NCBI RefSeq assembly: GCF_001194135.2
Contig: NC_068988.1
Coordinates: forward strand, 25,589,427 to 25,653,426
From: Octopus bimaculoides
Taxonomy: Eukaryota
Direction of reading: 5' to 3'
Length of the DNA stretch: 64,000 nt
How positions within the stretch are numbered: position 1 is the first letter of the stretch; the number at the start of each line of letters is the position of its first letter. Position numbers and translations under genes: made by a program. This document shows, in pieces, positions 41,088 through 53,883 of this stretch. Under the pieces are notes generated by a model. It saw nothing but the letters and a program-made list of their open reading frames with translations, was not told the DNA's origin and did no database searches.

Positions 41088-43365
41088 ACTTATATATATT
41101 TATAATGCGAAGTGTATGCATGTTTATAATTAATCTTAATAAACAAAAGTTATTAATAGGTGCAACTTCAGTGAATAAATCAATTCAGTGATATACACGT
41201 TCAATAATATGAATAAATGTTTTAAACTACAATAAAAACATGTAAAGAAATAAAAGATTTTATCGAACATGATGCTGTTATTTTATCTCTCTTATCTCTG
41301 TTTTATCAGTAGAGCAACTCTAATTGTTTAGTATTATGCTAACAAACAATCAAATCATAAGCTTCTGCTATATTTGATAAACAGTGTATCCAGCAGGATA
41401 TTTATTATACAATCTGCCCTTTAGGTTAAAAATCAGGAAGGTCAAATTTGAATAAGATTTTACGGCAGTGTTCCAGCAGCGAATTGACAACGTAAAGATT
41501 ATGTCGAAGGCTCATCACCACATAGTATTTTATGTTCTGGATTGATCAAAGCATATCCGCACCTAGATATTGTTCAAAAAAAAATTGCGATTCCTACTAA
41601 TTAACAACCAATCACAGTACAAGGACAATTTCTTGACACGAATCACATTAAATAGCCATCCATTATTCCAACCCGCTACGTGCTGACGTGCTAACTTTTA
41701 ATCTATAAGAATAATTGCCGGCATGGACCATTCGTTTATGACATCTTTATGCTCTTCAACGCCCTCAATAACACATTAGCTATCATCTCTTCTCAGCATA
41801 TCCTGTGTGAACGTAACAACTTGCATGGATGAATTCCTGTGTATCTAATGTTGATCAGTCTAACGTTATATTAGTTGAGATTATTCTTCGGACATTTAAC
41901 CTAACATGCATAAATCACTGGATGATTCCTGATCAAACCACACACAGAAACATGCAGCAATCCATGTACACACACACACATACACACACACACACAAACA
42001 CACATACGTATATACATACGTACGATGTCGGTCGAATTAGTCTCGTGCTATTCAGTGTTTCATCAGTAAGTGTACAGAATATTCAAGTATGCTATATGCT
42101 ATATGTTATGAAACTAACCTGAAGGTCCTGTACATCTATACCTAAAAACTCTGACTGATTCAACCGAAGATGTTTTGTCAATCACTACAATAAGACGGAA
42201 TACACTTACTACAGTTAAACATATATGTATGTATATACGTGCGTGTGTGTGTATGTATATATATACATACACACACCCACACACACAGTTTTTGTGATAC
42301 TTTTGGTGCTTTTCAATGAAGTATATAACTCTACTTCTGATATTCGAGTACGATGTGTGTGTGTGTATGTATGTGTGTGTATGTATATATATTACGGAGA
42401 TGTACTTGCATAGCAAGTAACATGATCTGAGATTGTGCGCTGGAACGACAACAATTGCAGCATGGACGGTGTTCATAAGCCATTTAAGAAACACTCAAAA
42501 AGCGTTATTTTCATTTCAACATTTAAATTTAATTTGCCAAAACATTTTCGTCTCTTTGAGACCACGACCTGTTCTCTGACAAAATTCCATGCTGCATCTC
42601 TGTATACGCTGTTTATACGTCCGCTGATATTCGTTGACGCTGCATGGAAGACGACGCCACCAAAGAAGAATAAAACACACTCAATGTCGGAAAACGGATG
42701 AGGAGGTGGGCTGAAACCGGACGTGGTTCCTTCTGATGATGTCCTTATCAACTGGATCCTATAAAGGAGTTGTTGAGTTAGCGAGCCACGAAACGTGGTT
42801 GGAATTCCTCAAAGTACATCTAAATTACACAAAGTGAAAACTCCAAGAGATGATCCAGTAATGTGGTCGGTACGCGCATACTAGAAACAACATCCCATCG
42901 CTCAAATGCTATTCTAATGTCTTGAGAAAATAAAAGATACACTGCATAATATATTTTCATCTATAGTTCTTGAAATTTGAACCTGAGCAATGTAGCCCCA
43001 AGAAGAACGCCGTCTAAAGTAGATTTTAAATGTTTGGATAATATATAATATTATGGATAGGCAAACAATAAACATTATTTAAAGTCAATTAAGATATTAG
43101 GCAACACAAATGCTACTTTTGAATCAATGCGTATACCTACATAGTATTACTTCGCTGCTAAAACAAAGAGCCCCCACTGTAAACGAGAACTTTCATCAAA
43201 TAATTAAATGTGATTATGTTTGTATTAAGAAGTTGACTAACTAAATGTTTTAATACATCATTATAGAAATAATTAACCTCGCTTAAATTCTATTCTTTCA
43301 TGAAAGACTTTCATGCACATATGATTCGAAATTCATGTAATGAAATTCATACATACATAAATATT

Positions 43366-43378
43366 TACACACACACAC

Positions 43379-43431
<53 letters not shown>
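43366..43431. repeat. (CA)n microsatellite
   Basis: Read directly from the sequence. Confidence 0.97.
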
Positions 43432-43436
<5 letters not shown>

Positions 43437-44137
43437 ACGTTTGCTTTTAGGATCTTTAATATTTGCGTTTTAATGTTTAATGTTTGTTATTATATAAAAA
43501 CAGTTCAACTCTCAGTTCAAGGATTTCTCAACGCGTTTCTCTAGAATGTAGTTATTAGGTTTCACAAAAATCAATGTTAACAGTAACTTCTAATATTTGG
43601 TTGTGCTCACTGTCTGATGACGCCGACTAAACCGAAAATTCGAAGTTGCTGTCAACCTATTCATTGTAAATATTAATAAACACACACGCAAACGCAAAAA
43701 AGTATACATAACAAAATTATTAATAACGAAACTTATTTCATCGACCAAAACTATCACATGATATTTTTAATTGAATATCAACAATATATCAGAAAATTAT
43801 TTGAGCCACTACGTATAGTAAGAGTGAACAATTTGTCTTCTAAAGTTTCAAAAATCAATCAATAAAATCGCCTGCGTAATTTCTTTTTTTTTTTATGAAT
43901 ATGCAATGATTTTTATTTCATATAATTCCTGAGTACTTTGGTTTGATCGAATACTCCGTATTTTGCATAATTGGATTCCAACCTAGAGTTGTTGACTTAG
44001 AATTCTGTCAATAAGTTGTTAATAAAAGACATATATCAAGTATAGTTTATCAATGACTAAAAGTAGTTATCGGTTATCAATACTCAACAATTACAATAGA
44101 AGAAACATTTCAACACAGAAAAAACACACGGATAGCA

Positions 44138-44179
<42 letters not shown>

Positions 44180-44180
44180 C

Positions 44181-44211
<31 letters not shown>

Positions 44212-44238
44212 TAATAATAATAAATAAAATAAAATAAA
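44138..44238. repeat. (AAT)n microsatellite
   Basis: Read directly from the sequence. Confidence 0.97.
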
Positions 44239-44446
44239 GTATCTAAGATATATGTAAAAAAAAAATCTACAACAAATGTACAACAAATAAACTTCAGAGT
44301 CAGGTATTGAAACGTCTGGGTTCTGACTAGATGAAAATGTCATGCAATTTCAGTGAAAACAAATTTTTCATTGATATATTGTCAATATATTCATTGCTTG
44401 TTGACATCTTCATAGGTTGTATATACAAACATATAAAAAGCTGATC

Positions 44447-45424
44447 NNNNNNNNNNNNNNNNNNNNNNNNNNNNNNNNNNNNNNNNNNNNNNNNNNNNNN
44501 NNNNNNNNNNNNNNNNNNNNNNNNNNNNNNNNNNNNNNNNNNNNNNNNNNNNNNNNNNNNNNNNNNNNNNNNNNNNNNNNNNNNNNNNNNNNNNNNNNNN
44601 NNNNNNNNNNNNNNNNNNNNNNNNNNNNNNNNNNNNNNNNNNNNNNNNNNNNNNNNNNNNNNNNNNNNNNNNNNNNNNNNNNNNNNNNNNNNNNNNNNNN
44701 NNNNNNNNNNNNNNNNNNNNNNNNNNNNNNNNNNNNNNNNNNNNNNNNNNNNNNNNNNNNNNNNNNNNNNNNNNNNNNNNNNNNNNNNNNNNNNNNNNNN
44801 NNNNNNNNNNNNNNNNNNNNNNNNNNNNNNNNNNNNNNNNNNNNNNNNNNNNNNNNNNNNNNNNNNNNNNNNNNNNNNNNNNNNNNNNNNNNNNNNNNNN
44901 NNNNNNNNNNNNNNNNNNNNNNNNNNNNNNNNNNNNNNNNNNNNNNNNNNNNNNNNNNNNNNNNNNNNNNNNNNNNNNNNNNNNNNNNNNNNNNNNNNNN
45001 NNNNNNNNNNNNNNNNNNNNNNNNNNNNNNNNNNNNNNNNNNNNNNNNNNNNNNNNNNNNNNNNNNNNNNNNNNNNNNNNNNNNNNNNNNNNNNNNNNNN
45101 NNNNNNNNNNNNNNNNNNNNNNNNNNNNNNNNNNNNNNNNNNNNNNNNNNNNNNNNNNNNNNNNNNNNNNNNNNNNNNNNNNNNNNNNNNNNNNNNNNNN
45201 NNNNNNNNNNNNNNNNNNNNNNNNNNNNNNNNNNNNNNNNNNNNNNNNNNNNNNNNNNNNNNNNNNNNNNNNNNNNNNNNNNNNNNNNNNNNNNNNNNNN
45301 NNNNNNNNNNNNNNNNNNNNNNNNNNNNNNNNNNNNNNNNNNNNNNNNNNNNNNNNNNNNNNNNNNNNNNNNNNNNNNNNNNNNNNNNNNNNNNNNNNNN
45401 NNNNNNNNNNNNNNNNNNNNNNNN
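44447..45424. other. Assembly gap (largest in the window; not flanked by microsatellite)
   Basis: N run. Confidence 0.99.
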
Positions 45425-45464
45425 ATAGATGTATAAAGTGAAACCTCATTATTATTATGGTTAT

Positions 45465-45825
45465 AGCATACTGAGTAAAAATTAAAGCAACGTTTTGAAA
45501 CATGAAATTTATCACAATATATTTCAACAAAGCGGAAAGTTTATTCATCAATGTAAGTACCACTACAATCAACACAGTTTATTTCGGTAACATAAAAATC
45601 TGGAGTTCTGGAGCTGATGAACTGTTTGAACGCACTTTCAGCATCAGTTTGATTTTGACCTCCTTCTCTCGCAGTAATCCATCAGGGTACTTGAAAAAGT
45701 GATAGTCGGCAAAAGAAAGGTCTGGGGAATATGTTGGGTGGGGAAAAACTTCGTAGCCAACTTCTGGAGCGTCATTAGTGAAACGTGTGTTCGAGCATTG
45801 TCATGAAGAATGATATAAAAATTCG
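45465..45825 (-). mobile_element. Mariner (Tc1/mariner) transposase 3' remnant
   Basis: Translation IILHDNARTHVSLMTLQKL/GYEVFPHPTYSPDLSFADYHFFKYPDG...FISSRTPDFY...CVDCSGTYIDE* (stop at 45541-45543) carries the mariner HDNARPH and YSPDLAPSDYHLF motifs. Deletions and frameshifts present. Confidence 0.9.
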
Positions 45826-46364
45826 TTTAACACAAGCGCACCTACATATACGCCCACAAATGAACGTCATATCTGACTGCACTTTTCACAATAAGCAACT
45901 GAATAATGTTACGATATGTGTTTGGTCCTTATAGGCGCAGATCTATCTTTATGTAGTTAAGATGAACAAATATGATTTCTTTCTCCGCAAGGAAGGGAGG
46001 ATAATCGAAATGCACTTTTACCAATACATCACAGCTTTTGTATTAATTTAGAATTGTATGAAATATTTTGGATTGTTTCTGACCAAGATTGTATTATGTA
46101 ATCTGGTTTCAATCATTTTGATATACATGTCTATCAGTGATGCTGTCTTCTCAAACGTTATTGTCGTTAAGTATCAATCCTTTTAGTAGCGGTAATAACA
46201 AAAGTAATTTCCCGAGATCTTGGAATATTGTCCGAAGCCCACTTCAATATAATGCTGTATGCTTCGATACACTGATTGATTTCGTTCATATCCTATGTCG
46301 CAATTTAGTTTGTACATGAACATACCATCGACCCAAACACTATTTATGTGTGCTCGTCTGTATT

Positions 46365-46409
<45 letters not shown>

Positions 46410-46536
46410 GCATTTTGTCAGCATGAAGAGGAGTATATGTCTGTATTTATAAATATGTATCATATAAGTGTATCGCCCCACCATACCCGCACGCATTCAG
46501 TTATATTCATATAAATATGTACATAGACATGCATGT

Positions 46537-46601
<65 letters not shown>

Positions 46602-46722
46602 CGTACGCACATGCCTATAGGCATGCATAAACATATCTGCAATTATACAAACAGGTAGATTTATAGATAAATAATTAGATGGATAGATGGGTAGATAGAT
46701 AGAGAAATATATACATATATTT

Positions 46723-46763
<41 letters not shown>

Positions 46764-46925
46764 NNNNNNNNNNNNNNNNNNNNNNNNNNNNNNNNNNNNN
46801 NNNNNNNNNNNNNNNNNNNNNNNNNNNNNNNNNNNNNNNNNNNNNNNNNNNNNNNNNNNNNNNNNNNNNNNNNNNNNNNNNNNNNNNNNNNNNNNNNNNN
46901 NNNNNNNNNNNNNNNNNNNNNNNNN

Positions 46926-46968
<43 letters not shown>

Positions 46969-47707
46969 ATGGAAATCATGCTAAACTGATGATCAGCATT
47001 TCTATCATGTTAATTATGAGACACGCTTTGAAGGCGCGATTACAATGTAACAAGGATGACATTATGAATTATGCAACAAACAAGTGAAGAAAACTTTCAA
47101 TATTGAAATATATCTACAGGAGAAACTAACAAAAGGGAGGAAATATTTGCTGTATCGTCTACAATAGAAGTGTTAGCTTTAACCATAATTAATAATGTCG
47201 ATGACGAAGGCGTTGATTTATCTGGTTTAGGCGGAAATGTCCTTCCAATTCGTTATCTCGATAATGTAGAATCGATAATTGCCGAATTTGTTTAGGATTT
47301 GCATTTGATAAATGAGCAATTGCTAACAATAACAGCAATCATTAAAGTAACAATAATTACAGAAACTATCATAGATAACATGATAGATCAATGATGGCCA
47401 TCTTAGATTAATGGCTAATAAATATACGGGAATCATTGTGTTTCTTAAACCGGATAGGTTTTGAAAAGACGATAACGTCTAAATTTGAGAAAAAAAAAAG
47501 AGTAATGTGTAATGTATATTCTGATTGATTAATAGATTCGTGTGCTAACCACCGGGAAAATTTTCGGCGAAGTGTTTGACACATGCGAAGTAAATAATAA
47601 ATATTTAAATAATTAGCGAAACTGTTAGGCACAGATTCACACGTATGTCTGCATTTAATTAGGAATGCAGGCATATGTATTCGTTTATATATATATATAT
47701 ATATATA

Positions 47708-47875
47708 TCGTTTTGGGATTTGGTTTGCAAGATTTTTTATGTGATTTCGTGTGTTGAAGCATATTCTGTTGTGCCTGGGGAGAGTCATTTTCTTAATGTG
47801 CCTTAAAATCTAACACACTCACCGATAAAATGTTAAGGCGCAATAAGAAAATGACTCCCAAGACACAAGAGAATA
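47708..47875 (+). repeat. Dispersed repeat; inverted partner of 49374-49500, ending in a local fold-back
   Basis: cgttttgggatttggtttgcaagatt...ggggagagtcattttctt...aacacactcacc matches the reverse complement of 49374-49500. Confidence 0.85.
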
Positions 47876-47889
47876 TATATATATTCTTT

Positions 47890-48729
47890 TACTAAAATAT
47901 TCCAACTCTTACCAAAAATTATCTGCTCTCTTAAAAATTCTGTACTCCTTGTAAATAAAATATCATAATCAGCGACACAGAGGAGATATCCGGTGACCTC
48001 AGACCACCAACACAGACGATAACCTAACAATTGTCATCGACACCGATGGGATGATTTGCTCCGCACCACATGTCACCACCAGACGCAGCCACACTAACGC
48101 CGGCAACTACATCACCAACCATATAACTACCAGACACCTCAGCAATGGTGTTACAAACAGAATCCCCAGGCCCGGCGCCTACCAGATATACACCAGGACT
48201 GTGAATATAGCCACATCCCAGGTTTGTGAATTTATCGGATCGGCCAGTACATCTTTGAAACGTCGCCTCTGCATCCACCAGTCATCGTTCAGAGTCCCAG
48301 AAAGACGTTTTGTCACGTCCCTGGCCAACCAGGTGTGGCACTTCAAACATCAAGGGACCACATGTGATATCAGGTGGACTATTAATGGGAATGGCCGTTG
48401 CAAGATCTACGCCGCACTGAGAACCAAAATTCTTAAGGACTATGCAAAATCTGCCGCATTAAATAGTCGTAAAGAAATGTGTGCATTTCAAGCGCTACTT
48501 ACTGGAAAATTGGATTGATACGTGTGCTGATTAGGCCATTTCTGGTTGATAAGGGTTTTTATCCTCTGGTAGAGGGGAGATAACCCGTCCTCATTTTCGT
48601 TTTTATTCGTTAAGCGTTAAATCTCAATAGTTGAGCGGTCCCTCACGTCCGCATGGTACTAATTTTAACATTTTTGTATAGAGTCTGATGTGTGGCTTTC
48701 GTGGATACGAATTCTTTGGTAACTCCACG
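47890..48729 (+). mobile_element. Penelope-like element (PLE) 3' remnant: GIY-YIG endonuclease plus 3' UTR
   Basis: ORF 48051-48518 reads QIYTRTV...EFIGSASTSLKRRLCIHQSSF...TSLANQVWHFK...DIRWTI...LNSRKE, the PLE GIY-YIG pattern (IY...YIG...R..H..SF...LS..IW.LK...I.W.I...LN.R.E). Upstream KILYS...YHN resembles the RT-EN linker. A hammerhead-like motif follows. Confidence 0.8.
48681..48725 (+). ncRNA. Degenerate hammerhead motif in the PLE 3' UTR
   Basis: gagt-CUGAUGU-(gtg..tac stem II)-GAAU-tctttgg-UA-actc. Stem I gagt/actc is perfect; the core has two substitutions. Confidence 0.45.
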
Positions 48730-48809
48730 NNNNNNNNNNTATATATATATATATATATATATATTTGATATGAAAATAAGCAGATCAACATACAGGCGGA
48801 TAGGTACTT

Positions 48810-49262
48810 ATGTTATATGAACAGACATGCACGCATACGCAAATGGAGACTGAAACACATGACCAAATATACACACACACTTTACTTCACACAAGGATAC
48901 ATATGGAAACACATGTCCACACATATGGAGAAGCACGTCCATACATACAAACATTGTACACAGTTACAAGACACACACAGGCATGCACACAAAAGGAGAC
49001 CGAGGGGCATACATATACAAACACACGCTCACACACATAAAAATAACACAAACATGGACACGGACATGCAATTACACGAATATGCAGAATACATACATAC
49101 AGATGCACGCACATACATATATACATATGCATACATACACATATACATACACACATTCATACATACATATATACATACATACATACATACATACATGCAG
49201 GCATAGGCACACACAGACACACACACACACACCCACACACACACTAACACACACACATGCAC
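48810..49262. repeat. Degenerate (CA)/(TACA)-rich low-complexity tract
   Basis: Read directly from the sequence. Confidence 0.85.
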
Positions 49263-49304
49263 ACGAACAAACGAAATGGAACGCAGTGTAAATAATGGAC
49301 AGAG

Positions 49305-49500
49305 TCACGACTATTGAAAAGGCTGCAAGACGCAACGAACATTTTAGGAAAATAAAAATAAGGAATAAGTGGAAATTTTACCGTTGAGTGTGTTAAATTA
49401 TAAGGCACAAGAAGAAAATGACTCTCCCCAGACATCACAGTATATGCTTCAACAAACGAACTGACATACAGAATCTTGCAAACCAAATCCAAAAACGAAA
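49305..49500 (-). repeat. Dispersed repeat, inverted partner of 47708-47832
   Basis: Reverse-complement similarity over about 125 bp; the outer end abuts (TA)n. Confidence 0.85.
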
Positions 49501-50056
49501 TATATATACATATGAATATGTATATTGAGACTTATAAATTCAAATACATATACATACACACGCACATATATATTTAATTATAAACAGGTGAATACATAGA
49601 GCAGAGCTTTTTTCAAAATTTCATAAAATTACAAGATGTCACAGTGTTTAGGTTTCAGGACACACAGATGCACATTCCGTTGCGCATTTACAAACGCTAT
49701 GTTGTGTTTCATTTGTAAATTAACATCCTAAAATTTTCTGTAATCGATCAATAATTCTTTTCTAGTTGGCGATGTGATGACTTACAAATGTCAGATTTTA
49801 CTTTCGCCTCAATCACAGTATTTCATTCTTTGTGAAACAATTAAGATACCTGTTAAGTTGTAGACGTGATATACAAAAATGTCGGATGATGCCTGGCAAG
49901 ATCTTTTGCTCTTCTTTTTCTTAAATACCAGACTCTTTACTAAAGAATTTGTCTATTAGCTTTTCTAAATGTCTTCCTTGTATTTATTTCATATTGTACT
50001 CACATACAGGCAAAAACAGATACATATATAACAGAAACTTATATCGCTCTACATTA

Positions 50057-50127
50057 TTAATATTATCATTATCATCATCATTATCATTCTCATTATTATT
50101 TTTCTTCTTCTTCTTCTTCTTCTTCTT

Positions 50128-50207
<80 letters not shown>

Positions 50208-50220
50208 CATTATTATTATT
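50057..50220. repeat. (ATC/ATT)-(TTC)n-(TTA)n compound microsatellite
   Basis: Read directly from the sequence. Confidence 0.97.
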
Positions 50221-50695
50221 GAGTGAAAGAGCAGTGCATGCCATCAAAGTGACACTAGGGTAAAATATACGAATCCCATTATATTATACCCACGCGTCTG
50301 ATAAGGGTACACCAGGCACTTGCATCACAACCATATGTGCGCGACATGGGGATCTCATGTCAAGGTAAACAGCGCATGACCTCGCAGGTGGGGCCCTGTT
50401 AGAATTTTCTTCAGGTCGAGTGGCCCATCTCGCTCAAAAGGTCCCTGAATGAGGTTTGTTTAAGGATGTTGAGCAAAACACCCATGTTTCCAAAGGTGTA
50501 TTATTCAAACCCCAAAGAGTTCCTCTCAACACATGGCTATGATGCTCCCCCACTACTTCTGCTCATGATCAGAGATGCATATATCGTCAGCCAGCAAGGG
50601 ACATGCTCAACTGGTTAAGGTCAAACAACTGACAAGCAAATCTGTGGTATTAAGCAGAATATTTGCTGTAGCCCATATTTTATACCAAGACAAAA
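50221..50695 (-). mobile_element. Non-coding 3' segment of a non-LTR retroelement embedded in (ATT)n
   Basis: Homologous over more than 450 bp to 53311-53840 and in part to 9860-9899. Both ends abut (ATT)n; the minus strand ends ...ctttcactc(aat)n. Confidence 0.7.
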
Positions 50696-50698
50696 TTA

Positions 50699-50802
<104 letters not shown>

Positions 50803-51297
50803 ATCATCATCATCCGAATCAACACTGTGTTATAAGACTGATTATATGTCTTTTCTCAAATGCTCAATTTCAAGTTTTGTTACATGGAAAACAGCATTAC
50901 ATGTTTCGTATATATTATTCCCTAGAGCATATGATTTATTGAGATTTTTTTCCCTTGCAAACTAAATACATCATCCTTGTGAAGTGATTCACTAAATCTG
51001 ATGTGACATCCATAAAATATTGTTCTTCTTATAATAAAACGAAAGTATTCGAAGTGCGTTTTTGGTATTAAATTTGAAAAATTGCTTCTACGTTACGAAG
51101 CCGTTCACACATTGCGATAGGAGAAAAATAGTTGAGTGAACTATGCTAGTAACGAACTAAGAAAAGAAAATATTATGGTCACGTGATTTTCACTCAAAAC
51201 ATAAAGGGAAAGAAGTAAATGCCTAAAGGTCTCAATTCTGCAGATATTATTTTCATTCGTATCTCCTTTCGATTCTGTTTCCATTTCTTCCCGAGTG

Positions 51298-51336
<39 letters not shown>

Positions 51337-51345
51337 ATTATTAAA

Positions 51346-51550
51346 TCAAAATTAAAAGAAGAGTGCCATTTGTTATCTAGTGAACGATATTTCGACATCT
51401 CGTGTGTCTTCAACTGGTTCAAAAAATAAATTTGTCAATCTACTTCATTTTGGTTAATATAGAAATTTATTTTTTGAACCAGTTGAAGACACACGAGATG
51501 TCGAAATATCGTTCACTAGATAACAAATGGCACTCTTCTTTTAATTTTGA
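51346..51550. repeat. Perfect inverted repeat, 88-bp arms with a 29-nt spacer
   Basis: 51346-51433 is the exact reverse complement of 51463-51550. A third partial copy follows the gap from 52008. Confidence 0.95.
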
Positions 51551-51588
51551 CTCTATATCTTCAGGAGGAGTTACCTCAATCCTTTCTA

Positions 51589-51626
<38 letters not shown>

Positions 51627-52116
51627 NNNNNNNNNNNNNNNNNNNNNNNNNNNNNNNNNNNNNNNNNNNNNNNNNNNNNNNNNNNNNNNNNNNNNNNNNN
51701 NNNNNNNNNNNNNNNNNNNNNNNNNNNNNNNNNNNNNNNNNNNNNNNNNNNNNNNNNNNNNNNNNNNNNNNNNNNNNNNNNNNNNNNNNNNNNNNNNNNN
51801 NNNNNNNNNNNNNNNNNNNNNNNNNNNNNNNNNNNNNNNNNNNNNNNNNNNNNNNNNNNNNNNNNNNNNNNNNNNNNNNNNNNNNNNNNNNNNNNNNNNN
51901 NNNNNNNNNNNNNNNNNNNNNNNNNNNNNNNNNNNNNNNNNNNNNNNNNNNNNNNNNNNNNNNNNNNNNNNNNNNNNNNNNNNNNNNNNNNNNNNNNNNN
52001 NNNNNNNCAGTTGAAGACACACGAGATGTCGAAATATCGTTCACTAGATAACAAATGGCACTCTTCTTTTAATTTTGACTCTATATCTTCAGGAGGAGTT
52101 ACCTCAATCCTTTCTA

Positions 52117-52119
<3 letters not shown>

Positions 52120-52209
<90 letters not shown>

Positions 52210-52291
52210 CAGCAGCAGCAGCATCAGTAGTAGTAGTAGTAGTAGTAGTAGTATCATCACCATCGTCATCATCATCATCATCATCATCATT
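52120..52291. repeat. (TAT)n-(TAG)n-(CAG)n-(TAG)n-(CAT)n compound microsatellite
   Basis: Read directly from the sequence. Confidence 0.97.
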
Positions 52292-52930
52292 GTTATTTTC
52301 TTTTTATCACAGGTTTAGTTGGAACTCCTGGAATCTTGCATGAGCAGCAAGCTTGCTACAAGCATCATACGGTACCATGCTATCCGTTCTCTTTAGCTAT
52401 CCGGTATTTTTTTTATCATTCTGGCTGTACCAGGGAGGCAAAACTTTTGTTACAGCCTTACTGGGAAATCTATTCCAATTTCCTTTCTATTCCTCTCGAT
52501 GCCTTCTAATAGTGTTCTCAAACAATAATTCGTATTATCATCCCCTACTTCATTTTCCATAGCCGAACAATTTCGTACTTAAGAGGGTTATATTTATCAA
52601 TCTTTTGCCTTCCTTCTTGACTATTCGTGAATGAAAGGGGCATGTAACATCAATTATATAGCACATGTGGTACATCTTGTCGACCGCAAATAGATTCGGT
52701 CTGTTATGCTCTAGCACCTGATCAGTTTGGATTGAGAAATCGCAGAGGATTTTGCTAGTCTCCTACTCCGCCACAAACTGCAGTGTGTGCTTATGCCACA
52801 TCTTGCCTCTCTCTAGCCTCCACTTTTCAACACAGTTTCCAATGTAGCACTTTCTCTACCTGATCGTGTCGCCACACCATGTAGTGATTTTGAGCACGTC
52901 TAGGGTATTCCTTCGTGAAATAAGCAATTG
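52292..52930 (-). mobile_element. R4/Dong-type non-LTR retrotransposon 3' end (REL endonuclease remnant plus 3' UTR)
   Basis: Translation AQNHYMVWRHDQVEKVLHWKLC/..KILCDFSIQTDQVLEHNRPNLFAVDK..CYIIDVTCPF..KIDKYNPLKYEIVRLW..GTARMIKKIPDS* (stop at 52393-52395). It matches the RHD, PD..D..P, K..KY REL pattern with the KILWDF.IQTD signature. Stops and frameshifts present. Confidence 0.85.
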
Positions 52931-52941
52931 TATTATTATTA

Positions 52942-52994
<53 letters not shown>

Positions 52995-53114
52995 NNNNNN
53001 NNNNNNNNNNNNNNNTGTAGCACTTTCTCTACCTGATCGTGTCGCCACACCATGTAGTGATTTTGAGCACGTCTAGGGTATTCCTTCGTGAAATAAGCAA
53101 TTGTATTATTATTA

Positions 53115-53158
<44 letters not shown>

Positions 53159-53191
53159 ATTATTATTATTATCATTATTATTATTGTTGTT

Positions 53192-53310
53192 GTTCAGTAG
53201 TTTTATTTTTATAACGTGCTTTCACTTCACTACCTAGCGCAGCTCTGTGTGCCTTGTGTATGTGCTGTGGTTTGCTGTGATGCTCTTATGGTTACTGTAT
53301 TGAAAGTGTT
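53192..53310 (-). mobile_element. Further non-LTR 3' terminus ending in (AAT)n
   Basis: Minus strand reads ...gagctgcgctaggtagtgaagtgaaagcacgttataaaaataaaactactg followed by (aat)n. Classified by layout and memory only. Confidence 0.45.
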
Positions 53311-53840
53311 TTGCATGCCACCAAAGTGAACCTGAGGTAAAAATATCCGAAGCCCAACACGACTACGCATCTGATAAGTGTACACGTGACATACATATGA
53401 CAACCATGTGTATATGACATGGCACTGTCATATCAAGATAAACAGTGCATGACATTGCAGGTGAGGCTCAGTTAAAATTTTCCTTCAGCATGAGTAGCCC
53501 ATCCTGCTCAAAAGGTCCCTGAATAAGGGTTGTTAAAGGATGTTGAAAGAAACACCCTACATTTCTAGAGGTGATTTTTTTCAAATCCTGAAGAATTCGT
53601 CTCTACACATGGCTATGATGCTCAACTACCACTTACGCTTGTGATCAGAGATGCACAAATCGTCAGCCACCAAGGGATATACTCAATTAATTAAAGTCAA
53701 ACAACCGACAAGTAAAAGTGTGATATTGTGCGGAATATTTGCTGTAGCCCATCTTTTATACCAAGACAAAACAATATACATGATAACACTTCCAATCTGT
53801 TAAGATCAGAAGCTATGAGAAACTGCCTGGTACTGCATCC
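53311..53840 (-). mobile_element. Second copy of the 50221-50695 element
   Basis: Colinear similarity (gcatgccaccaaagtga...tgctgtagcccatcttttataccaagacaaaa); flanked by (ATT)n at 53842. Confidence 0.75.
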
Positions 53841-53841
53841 G

Positions 53842-53883
<42 letters not shown>

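Noticed and set aside
41730-41870. Possible CR1 3' remnant (LFNAL...)
   Set aside because: A single short motif resemblance; insufficient.
43614-43650. CTGATGA...GAAA hammerhead-like spacing
   Set aside because: Stem I cannot be formed and stems II and III are poor; the other CTGATGA hits (11624, 16378, 42733, 45614) also lack the GAAA/stem architecture.
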